Assembly (NCBI GenBank): GCA_965178125.1
Contig: OZ237744.1
Coordinates: 1,240,001 to 1,304,000, forward strand
DNA length: 64,000 nt
Source of the DNA: Bilabrum cf. latius
Lineage: Eukaryota
Reading direction: 5' to 3'
Positions 47,649 to 60,585 of this stretch are shown piece after piece. Both the position numbers and the translations under genes were made by a program. Position 1 is the first letter of the stretch, and each line of letters opens with the position of its first letter. A model generated the notes under the pieces. That model worked only from the letters and a program-made list of their open reading frames with translations, searched no databases and was not told the DNA's origin.

Positions 47649-49143
47649 TCACTTGAGGAGCGCGAGCCTGATCTCGGAGACCCCGCCGAACTTCTTGAGC
47701 GAGTACTTCTTGCGGACGGCGCCCAGGGAGCCGCTCTGGCTCGTGCAGTGGTGCTGCATGTCTCGGATGCACGTCGCCATCGCCTCCTGGGAGTAGCCTG
47801 AGTACTTGCTCAGCTCCGGTGTCCACGCCGCCGCCCCCCTCAGGGTCCGCAGCGCAATGTTGACCGCCGCCGCCGCCACCTCGGAGGGCGAGTACTTGAG
47901 CATGCCGTACTCCTGCATCTGGCGCTCCACCAAAAAGCTCGCCAGCTGCTTGCACGTGCTGTCCGCCTCGGCGATGCGCAGGAATCTGTTGAGGAACACG
48001 AAGGACGTGGGCACGGTGATCTTGAACTTGAGAGCGTTGAGCATGACAGACTCCATGGTCAGGATCTGCTCCCGGGTGTACGCGCGGTCCGTGATGTACA
48101 CAAAGTCACGTACCTCGGGGGCGTAGATCTCCTCGTATTTGGAGGCCAGCAGCATGGCCGTCACACCCACGAGCTGCAGCTTGGACCGCATCACGGAGCG
48201 CCGCTCGAGGAACCGGTCGATGATGTTGACGGTCAGGAAGAGTGTCTCTGGCATGAGCTTGAACTTGAGGTGCACCTCAACCAGCCAGTCGATCAGGATG
48301 GCGCGCATCCTATCATTGATATCTTCCTGGTCTGCCATGTAGGTGCAGCTGGCAACTGCTTCCTTCTGCGTGATCGAGGACAGGGACGGGCACGGGAGAG
48401 GTGAGAGGATGGATCCATCGACTAGTCCAGGCTGGAGGGGAGGAGTTTTACGCAGTCGACAAGTACCTCTACGACTCAACCAAATAAGACTCAAACCGTA
48501 TCAAACATTATCGGTGAGAAGCTACGCACAATAAAACCCAAGCTCTGCGCGCAAACGCCACTCTTGTCTTGCCGCCCGTTGCTGTGGGGAATCGCGCGGC
48601 AGGCCACACCACACCCAGAGAATCCAGACAAGCACTCAGGACGCAAGAACATGTAGCTAATACCGAATTTATGCGAAAAAGGTTACTATCGTAAGATATC
48701 TCACCTCGCAAGCGCGATGATGCTAGTAGATGTCGTTGATGTAGGATGCAACCATCGTGGGTTTTACCAAATCATCCCTGTCAATCGGCAGCAATCCATG
48801 ATCAGCAAGGGTGGTACCTCTGGATGGAGCAGCTGCACCTCCAGCCATAGGGGCTGACGATGACGCCCGTGCCGCCCTTGCCCCAGAGGCTGCGCTCGCG
48901 CGAAGCGAAGGGCCACCTCGACCAGCTCCAGATGCGGCCGGGGGAGCTGCCTCGCGCTGCAAGTGAAGTTTAAGTACATGTACAAGTGGAAAATATGAAT
49001 GGCGTGTCCTGGAAATGAGGCGGGCCAGTGATATGTGAACGTACCTTGTCACCGGGGCGGACCACTGCGCCCAGGTTGGACAGGTCACCCAAGGCAGCAC
49101 GCCGAGAAGTAATGCCCCCGCCAGCTCCAGCTCTAGTATCCAT
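47649..49143 (-). CDS. Mitotic B-type cyclin, 3 exons
   Basis: D-box RAALGDLSN; YINDIY*HHRACE (TAG 48723); MRAILIDWLVEVH, KLQLVGVTAMLLASKYEEIYAPEV, VRKKY. Confidence 0.92.
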
Positions 49144-49631
49144 ACCGCTACCACGTCCAGCCTGCAATTTTCAGATTGACTAGAAGACGACAGACGAAGA
49201 GAGCAGCATGTACTGGTGCAACAGCATTGTAGGTGCGAATTCACCGCAAAGAATCGCTTTATTCCGCAATCAAACAGGACCATATCAGTTATAAGCGAAT
49301 TTTCATTTGATAAGGCAACAGTTAAGTGCAATAATTCCTCTCACCATTGTGTTCTTGATGGATTTTAGTTGGCGCGAAGTGCCAAAACGGGTGTGAACCG
49401 CCGCGCAAACCTACGGAACAAGTATTCGGCGCTGCGCATTTGCGGAACATTTGGCCAAATGCGGGGCAGATGCTCGCAGTGCTATTCAGCAAGGACTGCT
49501 GCGATATGTTTGAACCCCGCTGCAATAATTGGATGTTTGAAGTGAATAGTTAAGTTATCATCCCGCAATGACGCAAGTATTTCCGTGATCGAGGACTCTA
49601 GAACGAGTGCAACATTTGAAAGTGCAAGGCA

Positions 49632-52448
49632 ATGGATGATTCTACAGCATCTGCAACATCTGTGGAGATTCCAAGCACAAAGACGTATCGACTTGTGTTA
49701 GAACAGCTGTGGCGCCTGTACTTCGGAGATGTGGGTCCTTTCAACCTCCTTGATTCGCGGCTGGGCCTTGCAATGGAATTCGTGGGTATGTTTCGGGGTC
49801 CCTATGGGGCAACCCTGCTCGGCGCATCGGATATAGTTCACGACGAGGTGATAAACCTGAATTACTCCGACCTGTTGTAGGCCAGCGACCTGTCGGATCT
49901 TGATGAGGCCATCCGTGAGTACCCGAGCGACTCGTTTCGGTGCCTCGGCCTCGCCCTCAGCTTTGAGCGAGCGCACAAACTAGCAATTGCCAGCCTTGCC
50001 CGCTAGCACGCACCAATCAGTAGCGAATTAAATTTGGAGCAGCAGGCGGCCGATCGAGAGGGTCGGATAGTTGCCTTGATGGCCCAGCAGTCGCACTCGC
50101 TGGTCAAGGCGCGGGTCGAGGACGTCAAGCCGTACACACCCATCAAGCAGATCCGCAGTGGGCACGTCGGGCAGTTCCTTTCGGTGCGAGGAACTGTGCT
50201 GCGGGTGTCGGGCGTCCGTCCCTTGGTTGTGCGCATGTCCTTCCGGTGCGGCAGCTGCGGGCAGCTGGTGGATTGCGCCTTCCAAGACGGGCAGTACATG
50301 CCCCCTTCCAAGTGCACTGCCACGGACAAGTGCAGGTCCAGAACGTTCATGCCGGAGCGGGCCACCGCCCAGACCATCGACTGGCAGAAGATCAAGCTGC
50401 AGTCCGTGGACGACGACGACCCTGACCCCGGCCGAGTGCCTCGCAGCATCGAGGTGGACCTGACGCACGACCTTGTCGACTCGTGCGTGCCGGGCGACGT
50501 GGTGTCCATCGCGGGCACGGTCAAGAGCGTCAACTCAGAGGTGGCCGCGGGGCGGGGCATGGCTCGCGCACGCAATCTCTTCGTGCTCTACCTGCATGCG
50601 CACAGCGTGGCCTCCAACAAGCTGGCGGTGGGTGGGCTCCTGGAGTCTCGGTCTTTCAGCGAGAGAGACAGGGCGGCCTTCCACAAGATATCCACCCAGC
50701 CTGACCCCTTTGCTCTCGTGGTGGCGTCCATGTGCCCCATGATCTTCGGGCATGCTGCTGTCAAGGCCGGCCTGACGCTCGGGCTGTTCGGGGGATCGTA
50801 GCCCGAGGCTGCCAGGGAACAAGCCGAGGGCGCGATCATGCAGTCTGGCGGCAGCGGTGCCAGCGGGCCGCAGCCCTCTCCGCTCTCTCCGGCGCAGGCG
50901 GGACTGCAAGGTAAGCGGGGAGCGACCGGCGGGGGCGACGGCGCGGGTGGGGGGGCCAAGGAGCAGGCCGTGCGTGCCGCGCTGGAAGCCGCGCGGAGGG
51001 CAGGGGCAGCCCCTCTGTCCCGCGTGCTGCAAGGCGCAGGGTCCTCCACCGCGCGCTACTCACTGTCGGTGCGCGCCGACCCTCACATCCTAGTGGTGGG
51101 GGATCCGGGGCTGGGCAAGAGCCAGATGCTGCGGGCCGTGGCGGCGCTGGCCCCTCGCGGGGTGTACGTGAGCGGCAACACGACTTCCTCGACTGGCCTG
51201 ACGGTGACCATGGCCCGGGACCCGGCCACGAAGGACTTCGGGCTGGAGGCCGGGGCCCTGGTGCTGAGCGACCAGGGCATCTGCTGCATCGACGAGTTCG
51301 ACAAGATGGCCTCGCAGCACGCTGCCCTGCTCGAGGCCATGGAGCAGCAGCGCATATCCGTGGCCAAGGCCGGCATCGTGTGCTCCTTGTCCGCACGCGC
51401 CACGGTACTGGCCGCAGCCAATCCGGCGGGAGGGCACTACGACCGGGCCAAGACCATCATGGAGAACCTGCGGCTGTCGGCCCCTGTACTGAGCAGGTTT
51501 GACCTGGTCTTCATCATGCTGGACGACCCGGACGAAGAGAAGGACAGGCAGCTCTCCAGGCACATCATCGACATACACACGGGGAGGCACTCGGCGCTGG
51601 AGAACGGCGGCCGTGGTGGGGCTGGCAGGCCTGGGGCAGCGTCGGCGGCGGAGCGGCAGAGGCAGCGCGCTGCCCTCGAGCGGCGAGCAGCGGCGGAGCG
51701 GCAGCGGAGACAGGCCATCGCAGCCTCGGTGGCGAGGGCCGAGGATAGGGCCGCCCGCACACAGGCCTCGCAGACGGCGGTGGGGAGCCACGGGGCAGCT
51801 GCTTCGATGCTGCTGGGGGACGGGGAGGGGGAGGGGGCTTCCGAGTCGTTCGAGACCCGGCTTCGGCGGCGGGTGCTGGCGATCGATGACCCGCTGCCGC
51901 ACGCGCTGCTGCGCAAGTACGTGGCTTTCGTGAGGAGGCACTGCCACCCGGTGCTGACTCCCGCGGCGGCTTCGGTGCTGCAGGAGTGCTACATCGGGCT
52001 GCGGCAGCAGTCGGGGCACAACGAGGCCGTGCCCATCACCACGCGCCAGCTCGAGTCGCTGGTCCGTCTATCCCAGGCCCGCGCCCGTGTGGAGATGAGG
52101 GCGAGGGTGAGCAAAGAGGACGCGCAGGACGTGGTGGGGCTCATGAAGCAGTCGCTGCTGGACGCTGCTACCGACGCGATGGGCTTTGTGGACTTTTCCC
52201 GCGCGGGTGGCATGAGCATGGGGGCGCAGGTGAAGGCCTTCGCCAAGGCGCTGGGCAGTGCGTCTGCGAGGAAGGGCTCCTCCGTGTTCAGCAGGGACGA
52301 GCTGGTGCAGCTCATGGAGGACCTGCGGCTGAGGGTGCCGTCCACCTCCGAGTTCCTGGACCGTCTGAACCAGTAGAATTACATCATCAAGAAGGGGCCC
52401 AGGCTCTACCAGGTGCTCGTCTCTAGCTTCGGGGCGGTGAGCACGTGA
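49632..52448 (+). CDS. MCM8: DNA helicase MCM8
   Basis: Zn-finger FRCGSCG, DWQKIKLQ, GRVPRSIEV, Walker A GDPGLGKSQ, IDEFDKM, SRFD, ITTRQLESLVRL, C-terminal LNQ*NYIIKKGPRLYQ. TAGs 49878, 50004, 50799, 52374; TGA 52446. Confidence 0.93.
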
Positions 52449-52643
52449 GCACGTGAGCCGAGGTGCTTGTGCGTGTGGAGGGGCTGAGGGCTTGCGAGCG
52501 GTACCGTTTCGGGATGTGCATTGCTACTATACTCAAGTCTAATGCATTCAGAACGTTGCATCCGGATGCGCTATGACGACGACAAACACTCGTCAGCCAG
52601 CTCAGGACTGCTTAGACTAGATCTAAATGGCACATTGAGCATC

Positions 52644-54156
52644 ATGCGAACTCCAGTCATGGTCGCACTTTGCTCACTTATTCTAGTATGTGATGCAAAT
52701 CGATTCAATCTGCCCCGAATCGCAAGGAAGCCGCTCGTGGTGCGCGAACGCATGTCCGCGAAGCACTTGCAGTTCGCGATCCAAGCCAATCCGTCGCTCG
52801 ATTCGGTCGTGTCCGTGATCGATTACGGCGCGAAGGGCGACAATGTGACGGACAATACGCAGGCCTTCAAGGCAGCCATAGCGGCGCTGGGTGCTGAAGG
52901 TGGGATCGTGTGGGTGCCTGCTGGCAACTACCTGTTCAAGGGCACGATTGTGGTGCCAAACTTCGTGACGCTGCAGGGCACGTATGATTCACCTCCAGCG
53001 CACAACGTGGGCTAGCATGGCCTTGCGCCGTACGATGGGAGCGTGCTGATGCCAACGGCAGGGCGCGGCCAGGACGAGAACGGGACTGCGTTCATCCAGA
53101 TCGGTGCCAACGCTGGCGTCCGGGGCTTCAGCTTCTGGTATCCCGAACAGCCCAACGATGCCCCCCCGCAGCCGTATCCTTTTACACTCGAAATCGCATT
53201 GGAGGACTCGATAGTGGAGAATGTGGAGCTGTTGAATTCCTACAACGGTATTTATGCGAACGCCCCGCGGTTCTACATCTCGAGGGTAACTGGTCAACCA
53301 ACCAATGTAGGCGTTCGAGTGGACAACATGCATGACATCGGACGCATTGAAAACGTGCATTTCAATCCCTGGGTGAGAGAAAGGCTGGCATAGGAGCGAG
53401 CATGCAACCGGAACCAGATCCTATCCCCACCCGCATCCCCAGCCCCCTTCTACCCACCCACAATCACTGCAGTATAGCGCAAGAAACATCCCCTACATCC
53501 ATCATTAGCTCACCCATGGAGTTGCGTTCGATATGCGTCGCGCCGACTGGCTGTACATGCGCGACACGTTCGTGTTCGGGATCGCGGTGGGCTACCGCTT
53601 TCAGGACGCACCGACTGGGACTACGAATGGGCAGTTCTCGGGAATCGGGGGCGACATGTGCGTGAATGCCAGCGTGTTGGTGGAAAACGTGAAGGACTGG
53701 GGCATCATGATCGAGAACGGCGAGTTCACCTCGTTCATCCACAGCCCTCAGTACGGCAACAGCAGTGCCGACCACACGCAGCTGGTGGTGGAGGCGGGGA
53801 ACAAGGGCGCTGTGCAGGTGCTCAACTCGGCATTCTGGGGCATGGCCCATGCAAACGCAAGGATCAAAGGCACTGGGAGCGTCAGCTTCGACGGGTGCGT
53901 GTTCAACCGCTGGGACGCCTCCAAGGTGGGGCGGGCCTCGATCGAGGCGCAGGGGTCCGATTTCTCCGTGCGGGGATGCACCTTTCAGGAGCCCAACCGC
54001 ACGCAGCTGGACGTGCAGGCACCTACAAAGCGGGGCGTGTTCGCGGGCAACCTGATCACCGGCGATCTGCGCTTGGAAGGGACGGAGCGCGTGGAGGCGT
54101 TCCAGGCGGGGCTCAATGCAGCGGCACCAGATTCAGATGGAGCGGAGTAGACCTGA
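52644..54156 (+). CDS. Secreted pectate-lyase-3/GH28-related beta-helix glycosidase, paralog A
   Basis: Signal peptide; SVIDYGAKGDNVTDNTQAFKAAI...VWVPAGNY. Intron 53373-53472; TAGs 53013, 53506, 54148; TGA 54154. Confidence 0.8.
52721..53143 (+). repeat. Left arm of a 423-bp near-perfect inverted repeat (partner 55231-55653)
   Basis: Reverse complement of 55231-55653, with only two substitutions seen (A/T and I/F codon changes). Confidence 0.92.
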
Positions 54157-54261
54157 GGGAAAACAAAGGCGAAATTGCGGAAATAAGTGATAAAACTGAT
54201 AATCTAAAACAAGCAAACTAATTTGATGCGGCTGTCGTGTACTCCACGTAGCGGTCTTCCT

Positions 54262-55724
54262 TCATGCAGCCGCGTTCAGGTCTTGCTGGTAGGACTGGAC
54301 CTGCTGCACGCCCGTGACGTTGACGGCCCCCTCGATCATGTTCCCCGCAAAAATGCCTCTTTTGAGGGGGGCCGTTACCTTGAGCTGCATGGCCCCCGGG
54401 TGCTGGAAGGTGCACCCCTGCACGGACACATCGGACCCGCCCACCTCGATTGAGGCCCGCCCCTCTTTGGCAGGGTCCCACGCGTTGAACACGCAGCTGG
54501 AGAAGCTGATGCTCCCAGTGCCTTGAACCCTTGCGTTGGTATGGGACGGTCCCCAGAACGCCGAGTTGATGACGTTGACGGCCCCCTTGTTGGTGCTCTC
54601 CACGACGATCTGCGAGTGGTCGGCACTGCTGTTGCCGAACTGGGGGTTGATAAACGACGTGAACTCGCCGTTCTCGATCAGCAGTCCCCACGGGTCTGCA
54701 GCTTGCACAAGGACCGATGCATTGGGACACATGTCGGCACCGATCCCTGAGAACTGCCCGTTGCAGCTCCCTGCCTCCGAGGCAGAGAAGAGGTAACCCA
54801 CCGACATGCCGAACACGAAGCAGTCCTCCATGTAGATCCAGTCCTCGCGCTGCACCTCGAACGCTACACCAAAGGTCAGCTGGTGCTGTAGGTAGGTCTT
54901 GTCGTTGCTGAACCTGCGAGGGCCGACCTAGAGGCGAAGGGGGGGGGGGGGCTGCCAGTGCTAGTCTATGCCAGGATCGAAGGGATCGCGAGGACTTACC
55001 ATGGGTTGAAGTGGACGTTCTCAACGCGACCAATATCGTAGATTTGGTCGATGAATACCCCCCTGTGGACTGGTTGCCCGGTAACCCGAGCAATGTAGTG
55101 ACGCGGGCAGTTGACAGCCCTGATGCCGTTGTAGGAATTCAACAGCTCCACATTCTCCACTATCGAGTCTTCTCCCTTGATATCAAGCGTGTATGGATAC
55201 TGCTCGGGCGCAGCGTTCCCAGCATTATCGGGATACCAGAAGCTGAAGCCCCGGACGCCAGCGTTGGCACCGATCTGGATGAACGCAGTCCCGTTCTCGT
55301 CCTGGCCGCGCCCTGCCGTTGGCATCAGCACGCTCCCATCGTACGGCGCAAGGCCATGCTAGCCCACGTTGTGCGCTGGAGGTGAATCATACGTGCCCTG
55401 CAGCGTCACGAAGTTTGGCACCACAAACGTGCCCTTGAACAGGTAGTTGCCAGCAGGCACCCACACGATCCCACCTTCAGCACCCAGCGCCGCTATGGCT
55501 GCCTTGAAGGCCTGCGTATTGTCCGTCACATTGTCGCCCTTCGCGCCGTAATCGATCACGGACACGACCGAATCGAGCGACGGATTGGCTTGGATCGTGA
55601 ACTGCAAGTGCTTCGCGGACATGCGTTCGCGCACCACGAGCGGCTTCCTTGCGTGCTTTGGTGGCAGCCGTGCAAATCCAGTATGCATAAAGCTGCAGCA
55701 CACGAACAGCATAGGCAACAGCAT
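54262..55724 (-). CDS. Secreted pectate-lyase-3/GH28-related beta-helix glycosidase, paralog B
   Basis: Same motifs as paralog A; intron 54914-54999; TAG 55359; TGA 54262-54264. Confidence 0.8.
55231..55653 (-). repeat. Right arm of the 423-bp near-perfect inverted repeat
   Basis: See 52721-53143. Confidence 0.92.
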
Positions 55725-55840
55725 GGGAGCTTTGTGCGAGGTGTTGGGCAGCGTGCTGCGGTACCGCCGGGTATGATGATGACGACGGCACTTGCGTCAA
55801 TTTCACTGTGGTAGTGTGTCTGGCAAGGCTAGTTTCTGCA

Positions 55841-56743
55841 ATGATCAGGCTAACAAGAGGTCTCAGGCCAGCAGCGGCGCGACGCGTGCTTTCAACATTC
55901 GCTGGAGCGGGAAAATTCGTCAAGTTTGACTTGGCCAGCAAGCGCGTTGGGGTAATAAGCCTTTCCGATCCCGAGAGGCTGAATGCTTTGACGGAACCAA
56001 TGGGAGACGAATTTACTAGCCTGGTGGATAGTCTGCAGTAGGATCATTAGGGATTGGCGGCAATTGTACTTCGTGGAGAGGGCAGGGCCTTCAGTGCCGG
56101 CGGAGACCTGAATTTTTTGCGAGCCCGCCACGCCGATACAGCAGAGTCCAACATCGAGACCATGCTTGCCTTCTACAATAGGTTCCTATGCGTTAGGAGG
56201 ATCCCAGTTCCAGTGATTGCAGCGTTGAATGGTCCCGCCATCGGGGCGGGCCTGTGCCTTGCTCTGGCTTGCGACATGCGAATTGCGGCATCGTCTGCCA
56301 AGCTTGGCGTGACGTTCACGAAGCTGGGGCTGCACCCTGGTATGGGGGCTACTCACTTCTTGCCTCGTCTGGTTGGCCCCGAGCAGGCAGCCAGGCTGCT
56401 GTACAGCGGAGACATCGTCTCTGGGGAGGAGGCCGCACGCATCGGCATGGTGGCGGAGGCGCTCCAAGCCACCGGGGAACAAGGCGGGGCCAAGGCCAAG
56501 GCCGAGGCTGAATCTGAAATGTCCGTGCGGCGGGCCATCGAGATCGCGGAGGGCATCGCTGCGGCAGGCCCGGTTGCGGTGCGCGAGACGGTGGCATCGC
56601 TCCGGGGGGCGCACGACGCGCAGCTGGGCGACTCGCTGCTGCGGGAGGCGCAGGCACAGGCGGTGTGCTACGCGCACCCAGACCTGGGCGAGGGCGTGGA
56701 AGCAGTGGCGGCCAAGCGAGCCCCTATATTTGAGGGATTCTGA
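55841..56743 (+). CDS. Mitochondrial enoyl-CoA hydratase/isomerase (crotonase) family protein
   Basis: Presequence MIRLTRGLRPAAARR; PERLNAL, GEGRAFSAGGDL, ALNGPAIGAG, ACDMR, LGLHPGMG. TAGs 56039 and 56048. Confidence 0.92.
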
Positions 56744-57029
56744 TCGGCAGAATCGCTGCTTAGCATCGATGGCGGAAGTGAAAGAGAGACAATGGATCGA
56801 ACTCCGATTGAATTGAACGGGCGCATGCCTTTGTTTACATTGCACGCACACCCGTGTCACTGCCAAATTTCGGACTAGAGAGCTCAATCCACGGATGCAC
56901 CTGGACACCCAATGGAATGGGCCCACAGGCCCCAAGTCCCCGTCGGGATGGGCCCACAGATCCCAGATCCCCCCAAACTTACTAAGATCTTTGCTTTGAT
57001 TCGACCATGCAGACCAGGTCGCACCTCTC

Positions 57030-58828
57030 TCAGCGGCCGCCTCCTGTGGCCATGTGCTTGGTGGAGTCCTTGGTGGCGAGTGGGTCCAGTCCCCTGCGGA
57101 GGGCCTTGTACACGTCAGTGTAGGCCAGGATGTCGCCCCTGCCCCTCTCGATCTCCACCAGGTGCAGGGTGTCAGTCATCTTGTACAGCTGCACGACAGC
57201 CCCGACCGCCCCGTTCTTGGTCAGCACCTCGGCCTGCACGCGGAACCTCTTGTCGTCCACCACCGCGCGAGAGCCGAGGGCGTCGAACGCAGCCACCGCA
57301 GCGGCCACCACCTCGGCGGGCTTCTTCTGGGTGATGAACTGGGGCGTGGTGAGCGCGACCAGCTCTGACTTGTCCGAGGCCAACAGCTTGTTGAGGGCGA
57401 GGCCACCGAACAGATTCACCACCTCAAAGGCGTTCAGCGCGGGGACGCCGTCATCGTCGTCCTTCCCTTCCTCCTTCACGCCCTCCGCCACGGCCTCGGC
57501 CACGTCCTTAGCCGAAGGCACAGCTGCTAGCTTGGAGCCTGCTGCCGCGCCACCGGTGGCCACCGCGGGGTCCGCAGCAGAGGCGGCCTTGGAGCCTGCG
57601 CCCGAGCCTGCGGTGGCAGCCGCAGCCGCCGCAGCGCCGGCCTTACCCCCGAATCCCATGCCTCCGCTGGCGCGCATCCACGGGTGCGCGATCACATCGT
57701 CGATGTTGTACCTCTTGCTGGGGTCGGGCACCAGGATGTGGTCGATGAGGTCCTTGAGCTCGGGCTCGAACCACGAGGGGTAAACGTACTCCGCAGCCTG
57801 GATCTTCTTGAAGAGAGTGCTCATGTGCATCTCGTCGAAGGGCAGGAACCCCGCCCGCAGCACGTACAGGATCACGCCGCAGCTCCAGATGTCGGCCGCC
57901 GCTCCGTCGTACCCCTTGTCCTGCAGCACCTCGGGGGCCACGTAGTTGGGGGTGCCGCAGGTCGTATGCAGCAGAGTGGCGCGGGAGGTGTCTCCATCAG
58001 CGCCGGTGTACAGCGCCGAGAGGCCGAAATCGGAAATCTTGAGGTTGCTCGCCTCGTCCAGCAGCAGGTTCTCGGGCTTCAGGTCGCGATGGGCCACTCC
58101 CTGGTCGTGGCAGTACTTCACGGCTCGCATCAGCTGCCAGAAGTAAAAACGCGCATTCTCCTCTTTGAATCGCCCCTCCGCAACGATTTTGTCGAATAGC
58201 TCGCCGCCGGTGACGAGCTCGAGCACGATAAAGATCTTCGTGCGGGAGGCCAGCACCTCGTACAGCTTCACCACGTGGGCGTGCTTGACCATCTTCATGA
58301 TAGAAATCTGCGTAAAAGATACATAGAGTGAGCCGCGGTAGTAGTGGCTGCATTTCGTGTTTCCACATGGCAGCGGAGTGTTCACGATAAACGCACCTCC
58401 TTCTTGATCTGCGATCCCATGTTGTTCTGCTGGATCTTTTCCTTGTCAAGAATCTTAATAGCAACATGATCACCAGTCTCCGTGTTCACTGCAAACTTGA
58501 CCCTGCGAGCACCAAAACACAAGAACGTGAAACCGACCACATGAAATGAACGCAAAGGGCAACGGATCACGGTGGTAGCCAACCCGCACGCAAGCCCCAA
58601 TGCACGCGACGACTCACTTTCCGAAGGTACCCTCTCCCAATGTCCGGCCAACTGCGTTACAGCCGATGCGAAATTAAGCCAGCAGTACAATTGCATCGCG
58701 CGGGTTGGCAAGGAGACAAAGTAACATTTCAAGCAATACCTGTCCGAAAAACCTGAGCTACGTTTGGACCATTGGAAGATAGATTCAGCAAATATCTCAC
58801 TCTCGTACTTTCCAACGCGCTTCGGCAT
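57030..58828 (-). CDS. CIPK: CBL-interacting protein kinase (SnRK3/CIPK-like, NAF motif), several 5' introns
   Basis: MPKRVGKYE, VAIKILDK, HRDLKPEN, DFGLSAL, TTCGTPNYVAPE, C-terminal LNAFEVVNLFGGLAL (NAF). Ends TGA. Confidence 0.85.
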
Positions 58829-58981
58829 GGTTTGAGACAGGAAGCGGGTGAGACGCCACCACGGGCTCTCGGCGGGATCCGGTTGGCCTAGGATGCGCGG
58901 CGCCGCTGTGGTCGCTTATAGGTTCCGCTGATGCCCTGCGGTCGCAAGTTGGGGTTGGGTGCAAGTACAAAACGCGCTCCT

Positions 58982-60373
58982 ATGCGAAGAAAGGCATTCA
59001 TTGCAGCCTCTACAATTTGTCTGGGGGTAGCATTGCAGCCAAGATGCGATTCTAGGCTCGAATAGAGCACGTTTGGGATTGCACGCAAGCGATTGAGCGC
59101 TGCCGATGTTGTGCCGCGTGAAGCTGCGGCAGTGCTCCGACCAAGATTCATGAGACTGCTTACTGAAGAGGAATACAAGAAATTGCAGTCGAGGAAACTC
59201 TTTCTGGAACGCAGAATTGCAGAGGATGGCCTGTCCGAAATGGCTTGGACCGTAGTTGCAACCGTGATTGCAATTCCTGCAGCCGTGCTAGCAAGTGCAA
59301 TAGGCCTCCGAAGAGGAAAATGGGCGGTATTTGCAGCAGTGATGACAGCCGGCACTTTTGCGGACTTCCTTGTAACGCAGGAGCTTACATCTCGTGCGCA
59401 GCGGCAGATGGACGCTGTGCGCGGCTTGTTGGAAGCGCCGAATCATGCTGAGTAGCGGCACAAAGCCGTGAGGGCTGGCATACTCGCTGCAGATGCCGTG
59501 TTGGACCGAACCGATAGAGCTTCGGAGCGGCTGATCAAGCTGGCGAGCGCGACGGCTCCAAGCACTGCAGAGCAGGCCGCGGTCGAGGAGGGGCAGCTAT
59601 CCGAGGCCAGGGCCAGGGAGTACCGCTCCGTTGCGGCTGCTGCGATGCGAGAGGAACTAGCCCCTGCACGCCCGTTTGAGAAACTATTTCGCTCGGAGCA
59701 GGAAGTGACTGCGGGCCTGCGCATGCGATCTAGCACAGCGACGCTGCCAGTCCCACCCGCTACCAAGGGCCGCGCCAATCGTCCTCGAGACCCCGCCCCT
59801 GCGCTGGGCCGTGGCAGCGCACTTGCAATAGGGCAGCTCGATGAGGACCTCCAGGCACTTGTGCACCGCGCTCGTCGCCTCTAGCGGCTGCAGCAGAGCA
59901 CGAAGGATGCCTGGCTGCAGCGCAATGTGCGCATGGAGCTGGGTGAGGTGAGGGGGCAGCTGCGGGAGGAGGCACAGGCGAGGGGGCAGGCAGGTGCGCT
60001 GCCTGGGGACATGCAGGAAGGCGCGGACTCTGTCGACGGGCAAGGGCTCTGGCAGAGCGTGCAGCGGTGGACGGGAGCAGCGGGCGAGACTGTGTCGACC
60101 GGTACAGCCGCTGCACCAGCAGGCTCTATCCAAGTCAGCGAGGAAGGGTTGCCAGCGGAAGGCAGCGCCCCAGACCCGATGCAGGACCCGGTGGGCTGGT
60201 TGGTGGACACGGCCCACTGGATGCGATCGAGAGTCAGGGGCTCCCTTGGCCTGAAGACTCCCCGTAGGAGTCCTGCAGATGATGCCGGCTTGGAGGAGCA
60301 GTTCCAGGCACAGCTGAAGCAAGAGAAAGAGCGCGTCGAGGAGGACGAGCAGGGCTCGAGGGGTCGACAGTGA
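58982..60373 (+). CDS. Hypothetical protein with two predicted TM helices and coiled coil
   Basis: Same-frame ORFs joined by TAGs 59063, 59453, 59882; TGA 60371. Hydrophobic MAWTVVATVIAIPAAVLASAIG and WAVFAAVMTAGTFADFLV. Confidence 0.6.
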
Positions 60374-60585
60374 GCTGCGGAGTGGTTGTTGTTCAAGTTT
60401 GTATGCACAGATTGTATGATAGGCCAACCTATTAGGTGTGGTTTCGCAATCATCGCAGTACAAGGAAGACAAGCAGCTTTACACACACGCGCCATCAAGC
60501 GAACGGCCCACACCGGGGATCTAGCCGAGATCAGCAGAAGCCATCTGCAGCCTCCAGCGCACCGTGGGTAAGTTACCCGCCAGCC

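Noticed and set aside
52437-52458. GTGAGCAC tandem octamer across the MCM8 stop codon
   Set aside because: Short slippage repeat with no evidence of function.
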